DNA from: Acaryochloris marina S15
GTDB lineage: Bacteria > Cyanobacteriota > Cyanobacteriia > Thermosynechococcales > Thermosynechococcaceae
Direction of reading: 5' to 3'
NCBI RefSeq assembly: GCF_018336915.1
Contig: NZ_CP064923.1
Coordinates: 4,747,176 to 4,771,175 of the forward strand
DNA length: 24,000 bases
Of the stretch, positions 11,695-17,798 are shown in pieces (the first letter of the stretch is position 1; each line of letters starts with the position of its first letter). The notes under the pieces are model-generated. The model was not told the DNA's origin. It worked only from the letters and a program-made list of their open reading frames with translations, and ran no database searches. Both the position numbers and the translations under genes were made by a program.

Positions 11695-12339
11695 ATGCCT
11701 ATCATCGCCGTGATTGACTACGATATGGGCAATCTGCATTCAGCCTGTAAGGGACTACAAGAAGCTGGAGCACAAACAATTGTCAGCGATCGCCCAGAGG
11801 ATCTGGTATCTGCCGATGCAGTCGTCCTCCCCGGAGTGGGAGCTTTTGATCCAGCGATGCAGCATTTGCGATCGCGTCATCTCATCCCCGTCATCCAAGA
11901 CATTCTCGCCAGCGGCAAGCCCTTTCTGGGGATTTGTTTAGGGCTACAAATTTTGTTTGAGGGTAGCGAAGAAGGGACTGAAGCTGGATTAGGCATTATT
12001 TCCGGCACGGTCAAGCGATTCCAATCCGAACCGGACATTACAATTCCCCATATGGGCTGGAACCAACTGGAGTATCAACAGCCCGATCTACCCCTGTGGC
12101 GTCATTCTCCTACTAATCCTTGGATGTATTTTGTCCATTCCTATTACGTTGATCCGGTTGACCCTACCGTCAAAGCAGCCACCGTCACCCACGGCACTCA
12201 GACCATTACCGCAGCCATTGCCCAGGACAACTTAATGGCAGTCCAGTTTCACCCTGAGAAATCCTCCACCTTCGGACTACAAATCCTGGCTAACTTTGTT
12301 GAGCAGGTGCAGGCTACCTTGGCGACTCCCGCTGTTTAA
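11695..12339 (+). CDS. hisH: Imidazole glycerol phosphate synthase, glutamine amidotransferase subunit
   Basis: IAVIDYDMGNLHS, VLPGVGAF, the nucleophile-Cys motif GICLGLQILF, and VQFHPEKS. An AAGGAAGGG ribosome-binding site lies upstream. Confidence 0.92.
   Translation: MPIIAVIDYDMGNLHSACKGLQEAGAQTIVSDRPEDLVSADAVVLPGVGAFDPAMQHLRSRHLIPVIQDILASGKPFLGICLGLQILFEGSEEGTEAGLGIISGTVKRFQSEPDITIPHMGWNQLEYQQPDLPLWRHSPTNPWMYFVHSYYVDPVDPTVKAATVTHGTQTITAAIAQDNLMAVQFHPEKSSTFGLQILANFVEQVQATLATPAV
11786..11793. repeat. HIP1 octamer GCGATCGC
   Basis: Exact palindrome read in the sequence. Confidence 0.9.
11868..11875. repeat. HIP1 octamer GCGATCGC
   Basis: Exact palindrome read in the sequence. Confidence 0.9.
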
Positions 12340-12346
12340 ATCTCCC

Positions 12347-12859
12347 ATGAATTACTTAATTGCAGTCTTAGCTGATCGAATCCAAGCAGAAGCCGCCTAT
12401 ACCGATTTAGAAAAATCAGGAATTCCCCTCACCCAAGTCTCAATATTGGGCAGAGGCTATAAAAGCGCCGATGAATTTGGTTTTATCGACCCCAAAAAGC
12501 CAGCCCGAGAACAAGCTCGACGACTGATGAACTTCTCCATCCCTTTAGGGTTGATCTTTGGATCAACCTTTGAGTTATATACTGGCATTCGCCTCTTCCC
12601 TGGAGTGGGAACGGTGATTAATGTCATCTTAGGAGGACTACTCGGCGCTTCCTTTGGAGCCTTTGGCGGACTCTTTTCAGGCGGCCTGACCGGTTTAACG
12701 ACCGGCAGTGGAGATGCATTGGTTTATCGCAATCGTTTAAACGCCGGGAAATATATCGTGGTGGTCAAAGGCACAGACCCACTGACCCGCAAAGCCACCG
12801 ATATCCTGCAACGATATGATCCCGAAAATATCCAAGGCTATGTTGAACCTCCAGACTGA
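12347..12859 (+). CDS. Hypothetical membrane protein with stress-protein-like (YflT/DUF1269-type) flanks around a glycine-zipper segment
   Basis: The ATG at 12347 is 7 nt after the hisH stop. Central Gly-rich hydrophobic core GVGTVINVILGGLLGASFGAFGGLFSGGLTGLTTG. The N- and C-terminal soluble segments (YLIAVLADRIQAEAAYTDLEKSGIP and KYIVVVKGTDPLTRKATDILQRY) resemble each other. The family name is from recollection only. Confidence 0.65.
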   Translation: MNYLIAVLADRIQAEAAYTDLEKSGIPLTQVSILGRGYKSADEFGFIDPKKPAREQARRLMNFSIPLGLIFGSTFELYTGIRLFPGVGTVINVILGGLLGASFGAFGGLFSGGLTGLTTGSGDALVYRNRLNAGKYIVVVKGTDPLTRKATDILQRYDPENIQGYVEPPD

Positions 12860-13404
12860 TGGTCAGAATTTACGGTAACCGTCAGATTAAAACCCTGCCA
12901 GGCTTACAAACCCGCCCAACCACCGCACGGGTGCGAGAAGCCTTATTTAATCGTTGGCAACATCATCTCCAGGGCTGCCATTGGCTAGACCTCTGTGCTG
13001 GTAGTGGCTCCATGGGGGCCGAAGCCCTTTGCCGAGAAGCCGCAGTGGTCTATGGAATTGAACAGGCAGGAGAGGCTTGCCGCATCATCCGCCAGAACTG
13101 GCAGTCCGTAGCCAACCCACCTCAAACATTTCAAGTTCTGCGAGGAGATGTTGTCAAACGGCTAGCTAAATTGCAAGGCCAGTCCTTCGATCGGATTTAT
13201 TTTGATCCCCCCTATGATGGCGGTTTATATGAAGCGGTACTGGATGCGATCGCAACGTATAACCTCCTCCAAGCAACTGGAGAACTTGCTGTCGAACACC
13301 GTCCCCAGCAGCCCTTTTCTATTCCCACAGCCTTCCAAATCAGTCATGCACGCGTCTATGGCAACACGGCCCTAACCTTTTTCCAGGTCACGCAGCCTTC
13401 ATAA
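12859..13404 (+). CDS. rsmD: 16S rRNA (guanine966-N2)-methyltransferase
   Basis: GNRQIKTLPGLQTRPTTARVREALFN, SAM-binding LDLCAGSGSMGAEAL, and catalytic FDPPY. The start ATG overlaps the upstream stop (TGATG at 12857-12861). Confidence 0.85.
   Translation: MVRIYGNRQIKTLPGLQTRPTTARVREALFNRWQHHLQGCHWLDLCAGSGSMGAEALCREAAVVYGIEQAGEACRIIRQNWQSVANPPQTFQVLRGDVVKRLAKLQGQSFDRIYFDPPYDGGLYEAVLDAIATYNLLQATGELAVEHRPQQPFSIPTAFQISHARVYGNTALTFFQVTQPS
13246..13253. repeat. HIP1 octamer GCGATCGC
   Basis: Exact palindrome read in the sequence. Confidence 0.9.
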
Positions 13405-13407
13405 ACA

Positions 13408-13439
13408 AAATCAGAGAGATGGGCTCATCTCTCTGATTT
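13408..13439. terminator. Hairpin terminator between convergent rsmD and petG
   Basis: Perfect 14-bp arms AAATCAGAGAGATG (13408-13421) and CATCTCTCTGATTT (13426-13439) with the loop GGCT. The T-rich tail is better on the minus strand (TTTTGTTTAT), so it probably ends petG. It may also stop rsmD read-through. Confidence 0.6.
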
Positions 13440-13499
13440 ACAGGTAACAAATATTGTGGACAGCTCAACAGAGCTGTTTTCCTCGAGGCTTAACAAACT

Positions 13500-13610
13500 T
13501 TAGCCAACCTCTTCTCCACGCTTGTATTGTTGCCATGCAGCGACAAATAGTCCAGCTAGAGTCACTGGAACTAGGCCAAGTACAATACCTGCTAACAGAG
13601 GTTCTACCAC
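13500..13610 (-). CDS. petG: Cytochrome b6-f complex subunit 5 (PetG), 36 aa
   Basis: Below the ORF-track size cutoff. The minus strand reads GTG GTA GAA CCT..., giving [36 protein letters not shown] and a stop. This closely matches the PetG pattern MVEPLLxGIVLGLIxVTLAGLFxAAYxQYKR. AAGGAG (complement of 13619-13624) lies 8 nt upstream of the GTG. Confidence 0.85.
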   Translation of the reverse strand: MVEPLLAGIVLGLVPVTLAGLFVAAWQQYKRGEEVG

Positions 13611-13894
13611 GGTGATAACTCCTTTGTGTACGCGTTAAAACAGCGTCTGAATCGTCCTTCCCTACTCTAGTAACCTTTGGGAACCTTGACAAGCGAATGC
13701 TCATTATTCCTTAGTTAAAGCATTTTTCAAATCTATTCATACGGGTTGTTATCATAGGGAAAATATCCAAACTTTAAATGCGATCAGAAATTGAAACAAC
13801 CTACTTTTTGATCCGTCTTGACAGTAATATCACCTTAGGCCAAGCCCCTAGGCGACCTGATTGCTGACCCATAACTACCTATTTTTACTTTTTT

Positions 13895-15352
13895 ATGAAC
13901 GGCTCTTCTAATCAACTGTTTTCAAAATCATGGCAAAGACCTGGGAATCTTGCCATGATGGCTTCGGTCGCTGCCCATGGTGTTTTATTTGCTGGTCTAG
14001 CACTGGTTCCAGCAACAGGCCAGCAAACAGACAAAAAACAACTTCGAGTCGTTAGCCTTCTCAAATCTCAACCCAATCCAGGCCCTCGACCAAACCAAGC
14101 CATTGATCCAAACGCTCCACCCCCTGCACCCGGTGTAGCCGGTTTACCCCTGAACATCACCACCCCTGATGGTCTAGCTGAATTGCCCGTTACTGATACC
14201 CCCAATCCAGCATTTGACCCCTTTGCCTCTTCTATTGTTGAGTTACCTCCTCCGCCACCGCAGACTAGTTTTACCCCCTTTAATCCCAGTTCTTTAGCAT
14301 CATTACCCCCGAGACGAACGCCTGCCCCACCTCAGCAAACGCCACCCCCCAGTAACTCCGGTCCATCTTTGAGTGATGAGGACTTCCAGGCATGGCTCAA
14401 TGGAACCTCTGATTTACCGAATTTGCCACCGGATCCAGGATCTACAGGTCCTTTGCCTCCACCAGGCACTGCACCCGGTCCGGTTGCGAGCAATATCCCA
14501 CCTGCCAACCCAGCCAATGTGGGCGGGATAGACAGTAGTGATAACCCTAACGACAGTAATTCCCTGGCCTCCTCTTCCATCGCCCCTCCGGCCCAAAGTG
14601 TAAAACGTTTTGTTGCCTACGACTATCCCAAAGACGCCTGTCAGGATCGCTTAGAAGGTAAGGCTGAATATCGGATTTGGGTCAGCTCAAAAGCGGCTCC
14701 TGTAGTCTCCGATATTGTTCTATCTACCAACTCGCCCATTCTCGATCGGGCGGTCCAAAATGCGGCTAAAAAATACAAAATCAAGGCCGAGGACGCCAAC
14801 AAAATTGTTGTTTTACCCTTCGACATTAAATATTCTCAATCAGTTTGTGCTGTCAAGACACCTGATCCACCTACCCCAGAACCTGTTCTACCTCCAGCCA
14901 CTCCAGCTCCGACTCCCAAACCAGCAGCACCCACCAATACAGCACCTGAGACTCCTTCACCGGCGCAACCGCTTACTCCCCCTACGCCAGCAGCACCACA
15001 GCCTAATTTACCTCCGGTGAATCCAGCACAGCCTGTTCCCCCTACTGCACCTCAACCTCCAGCCCAATCAGCTCCGGCTCTGCCCCCTCAGCCAGCCCAA
15101 CCCCCTGCTCCTATAGCACCAGCCCCCAGTAATCCAGTGCAGCCTGCTGTCCCCATCCAAGAGCCACCCACTAACTCAGATCTACCTCCTGAACCCGCCG
15201 CTCCGCAGCCGGCACCGGCCCCACCTACTAGTCCTCAGCCTCCGGCAGCAGCTCCACCAGCAGCGCCTAGTGCACCCGCTGCTCCAGCAGCAGCACCCAT
15301 TCCATCAGCAGCACCCGCTGCCCCTCCGACAGGTGACGCTCCAGCAAATTAA
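13895..15352 (+). CDS. TonB-like energy-transducer protein with an internal TonB_C-type domain and a long Pro/Ala-rich C-terminal extension
   Basis: The N-terminal anchor MMASVAAHGVLFAGLALV carries the S-x3-H motif (compare E. coli TonB SVCIHGAVVAGL). A Pro-rich spacer covers aa ~60-235. A TonB C-terminal-like block follows: YDYPKDACQDRLEGKAEYRIWVSSKAAPVVSDIVLSTNSPILDRAVQNAAKKYKI (aa ~240-297). After that comes ~165 aa of P/A/T/Q low-complexity sequence. Confidence 0.7.
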   Translation: MNGSSNQLFSKSWQRPGNLAMMASVAAHGVLFAGLALVPATGQQTDKKQLRVVSLLKSQPNPGPRPNQAIDPNAPPPAPGVAGLPLNITTPDGLAELPVTDTPNPAFDPFASSIVELPPPPPQTSFTPFNPSSLASLPPRRTPAPPQQTPPPSNSGPSLSDEDFQAWLNGTSDLPNLPPDPGSTGPLPPPGTAPGPVASNIPPANPANVGGIDSSDNPNDSNSLASSSIAPPAQSVKRFVAYDYPKDACQDRLEGKAEYRIWVSSKAAPVVSDIVLSTNSPILDRAVQNAAKKYKIKAEDANKIVVLPFDIKYSQSVCAVKTPDPPTPEPVLPPATPAPTPKPAAPTNTAPETPSPAQPLTPPTPAAPQPNLPPVNPAQPVPPTAPQPPAQSAPALPPQPAQPPAPIAPAPSNPVQPAVPIQEPPTNSDLPPEPAAPQPAPAPPTSPQPPAAAPPAAPSAPAAPAAAPIPSAAPAAPPTGDAPAN

Positions 15353-15426
15353 TTTGGGAAAGACAACAAGTTCCGTCAAGGTTGGGAATATGTTCAGACG
15401 TTGGTAAGGCTCGTTCAGACAGAATT

Positions 15427-15891
15427 TCAGCCAACGACTTCAATCCTGCCCACCATGCCTGCTTCGGTATGGCCTGGGACCGTACATCGAAGTGAATAGA
15501 TACCAGAGCGCAGTGGAACAAACACCCACTCTGCTTCAGTATTGGCTCTTAATTCTAATTCGTGAATTGCACCTTTAATTTCTACATTCCCAGCATCAAC
15601 TTTTTGTGACCAAATCCCATCTGCAAAATCTTTAGCGGTGAAGTAGTGCTTTTGGTCACTAGGGTTGCTTAAGTGCAGGTTATAGCGACGACCCGGTTCA
15701 AATTGCAGATCATCGGGGAAAAATTGCAAGGCTCCTGCCTCATTTCCCAATGCAACATATACATCAACAGCAGGTTGTTTTGCTAAATTGGTTGCTGCAA
15801 TTCCTGCCCCAGAACAGCCAAATATCGTACCCATTGTGAGAAGTGTAACGACGACCAAGGCCAGAACTGTTTGACGAAATCCATGATTCAT
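15427..15891 (-). CDS. Lipoprotein-anchored type-1 (blue) copper protein, cupredoxin fold
   Basis: Signal peptide with lipobox MNHGFRQTVLALVVVTLLTMGTIFGC. C-terminal ligand loop CTVPGHTEAGM (Cys-x4-His-x4-Met), with a candidate upstream His in DQKHYF. Strong AGGAGA ribosome-binding site 6 nt upstream of the ATG. Confidence 0.75.
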   Translation of the reverse strand: MNHGFRQTVLALVVVTLLTMGTIFGCSGAGIAATNLAKQPAVDVYVALGNEAGALQFFPDDLQFEPGRRYNLHLSNPSDQKHYFTAKDFADGIWSQKVDAGNVEIKGAIHELELRANTEAEWVFVPLRSGIYSLRCTVPGHTEAGMVGRIEVVG

Positions 15892-15930
15892 AGCGTGTCT
15901 CCTAAAAAGAATGGAGATCGATAGCCGATC

Positions 15931-15954
15931 GCATTCAAATGCGGCTTTGAATGC
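15931..15954. promoter_or_regulatory. Inverted repeat in the leader/promoter region of the cupredoxin gene
   Basis: GCATTCAAA (15931-15939), loop TGCGGC, TTTGAATGC (15946-15954). This is a 9-bp perfect inverted repeat about 40 nt upstream of the start codon at 15891. No T-tail follows on either strand, so it is not a classical terminator. Its function is unknown. Confidence 0.3.
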
Positions 15955-16036
15955 AATTATATCGCCGCGCCATAAACTATTCCTAGTCTCCTTCTAAAAG
16001 AACTACCATTTATCTTATTAAAGAAATAAAATGCGT

Positions 16037-16070
16037 AATTCATAGCAGCCTCAAAGAATTGCTATGAATT
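16037..16070 (-). terminator. Rho-independent terminator of the ICMT/DUF1295-like gene
   Basis: 11-bp arms AATTCATAGCA (16037-16047) and TGCTATGAATT (16060-16070), 3 nt below the stop codon. On the minus strand it is followed by ACGCATTTTATTTCTTTAAT. Confidence 0.6.
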
Positions 16071-16073
16071 AAA

Positions 16074-16730
16074 TTAGACTTTAGCTACATCTTTGGAAGT
16101 GGGGTACTTTTTCCCAAAGAGTTTTGGCCAAAACAAGCCCGTATTTTCTCGATACTGTTCAAAGTCTGCATATCGCGATAGAGAGCGATCTTTTTTGAGC
16201 ATATTGGGAATAAAAACAGCCCCAAAAAACCCGCCAAGGATGACAAAAGGCAACCAATGCATTGTCAACATGGCAAAGGATATATAAATAAATATTTCAC
16301 CCAAATAGTTAGGGTTCCGACAACGAGCAAAAAAGCCTTCAGTAATCAATCTCGGTTGATACTTGAGAATGAAATATTTTTGAGCATCACTCCCAAAGTG
16401 GAGAAATACGCCAGCAATATTAAGTGCTATAGCACCAGCTATTAAAGGCACAGTCGGTTCAATACGACGACTTATTAAAATGTATGGGGCAATCCAATAT
16501 AGACTGATGAGTCCAAATCCCAGCAAGTGAATTGGCCAGGGAAATTGCTGTTCCCATTGTTTATCGGGAAACAGCTGATCTTTTAATAACCACAGCAACC
16601 CATAGGTGCCATGCAAGACCAGATAAACCCAAGCCCCTAGCATGAAGTTTTGATAAACCAGCATCAAGCCCAGGATAAATATGAAGGTCGTTCCTTTATG
16701 AAGATTGATGCAATGCTTGATCTTCATCAT
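16074..16730 (-). CDS. Polytopic membrane enzyme of the ICMT / PEMT / DUF1295 (steroid-reductase-like methyltransferase) superfamily
   Basis: 218-aa ORF with 5-6 hydrophobic helices. C-terminal signature FFARCRNPNYLGEIFIYISFAML ... YADFEQYRENTGLFWP resembles the RHPNY(L/F)GE ... Y..Y...T...P motif of this superfamily. AAGGGGG ribosome-binding site upstream. The gene is noticeably AT-rich. Confidence 0.7.
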   Translation of the reverse strand: MMKIKHCINLHKGTTFIFILGLMLVYQNFMLGAWVYLVLHGTYGLLWLLKDQLFPDKQWEQQFPWPIHLLGFGLISLYWIAPYILISRRIEPTVPLIAGAIALNIAGVFLHFGSDAQKYFILKYQPRLITEGFFARCRNPNYLGEIFIYISFAMLTMHWLPFVILGGFFGAVFIPNMLKKDRSLSRYADFEQYRENTGLFWPKLFGKKYPTSKDVAKV

Positions 16731-17311
16731 TTCCCCCTTCTAATAATGGGTGAGCCTTTGCCGACCAACTTACATTTCTCAGCTACTCAAATTGATGCTG
16801 GGAATGCAGTCTTTCCACCAAGTTATCATTAACCCAAAAGCCAAAAAATATTGCTGCATTGGTATAAAAAGGATACTGACCTAAGATGCACCCAAGCCTA
16901 CAGATGCAGACAGTATTGAGATTCCTATAGCCATCGTTTTTGAGCTACTAGATTTCAGTATTGGCAGTTTACTGCTCAATTAAATCAGTGCGTAGCTATG
17001 ACTTCTCACTTGGCCTTTATTTCCTCCGAAATAGGCACTCAAATACTGATTAAGCGAATCGCTTAAAGGTCTCATCACGAAGTTCACCGCCCCAGAACTA
17101 GGTTCACTGATGTGTGGGCTGTTGAGGTCGAGGGAATCGTTGGTTACAGCCCATCTTCTGAACTAGCAGTGGTGTTAGCAATCTAGGTTCCGGAGGCGTT
17201 GGAGTACACGATAAGTTACCTTCCAAATTTACTCCCTCGCCAACACTGATGGACCGTGGTGGAGGCAGACTAGCTTCTTCCAGCAGATGAGGGGGAAGCA
17301 TTGTCAAAACA

Positions 17312-17467
17312 CTAATTAGCAACTCTGACAACTTGTAAATTAGAATTTTTCTGGCCTTTGCCTTCTAATGTCTGTGACAAGTCTTGGAACAAGATGAACG
17401 CAACTGTACCAGACAAGGTAAAGGTACTTAGCATTAGTGTGATTAGACTCAAATGAATAACTTTCAT
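17312..17467 (-). CDS. Possible 51-aa single-TM small protein (low confidence)
   Basis: An internal ATG of the 80-aa track ORF is preceded by GGGAGA 8 nt upstream. Product: MKVIHLSLITLMLSTFTLSGTVAFILFQDLSQTLEGKGQKNSNLQVVRVAN. No family recognised. It could be noise or a gene remnant. Confidence 0.25.
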   Translation of the reverse strand: MKVIHLSLITLMLSTFTLSGTVAFILFQDLSQTLEGKGQKNSNLQVVRVAN

Positions 17468-17658
17468 AGATTGATTCTCCCAAGGTATGTCAGTCCCCCT
17501 CACTTGACATTCAATATAGCTACCCATTTGAAACCCCAATATGACTGCCCTCACGCAGCCAGGAGATCTTGATCACGACTCGATCGGCCGAGGAGAGACC
17601 GTCCCATCATGTTCTATCAGCTTGCTTGACGCAGTCAACAATCAATCGTTCCATCACT

Positions 17659-17683
17659 ATTGAGACAAAATTGAGACAAAATT
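17659..17683. repeat. Tandem direct repeat, 11-bp unit ATTGAGACAAA x2 plus a partial ATT
   Basis: Read directly: ATTGAGACAAA (17659-17669), ATTGAGACAAA (17670-17680), ATT (17681-17683). It is intergenic, 116-140 bp upstream of the M61 peptidase start codon. Confidence 0.85.
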
Positions 17684-17798
17684 CATTAGATCGCCTCAGC
17701 TAGCAGTACGGTATTGCACTAAAAACTATCTCAGAATCTTCAAGCAAATCTGCCTCAATCGATACACTAAAGAGAATTAACGTCAGTATTGAACCCCT

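Noticed and set aside
13465-13704. 79-aa minus-strand track ORF (MSIRLSRFPKVTRVGKDD...)
   Set aside because: It overlaps the much better supported petG reading frame (13500-13610) in another frame. It has an Arg/Ser/Trp-rich composition with no ribosome-binding site, and it would run through the petG promoter region.
14332-15020. Several 60-101-aa ORFs on both strands inside the TonB-like gene
   Set aside because: They lie in Pro/Ala low-complexity DNA, where all frames stay open by chance. None has a start context, and all are nested in the 485-aa ORF.
15267-15521. 84-aa minus-strand ORF bridging the TonB-like 3' end and the cupredoxin 3' end
   Set aside because: It overlaps two well-supported convergent genes in other frames and has no start context.
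17104-17331. 75-aa minus-strand ORF (TTG start; Pro-rich MLPPHLLEEASLPPPRS...)
   Set aside because: It has no ribosome-binding site, a non-ATG start and no family resemblance, and it overlaps the neighbouring ORF in another frame. I kept it only as part of the possible-remnant observation, not as a gene.
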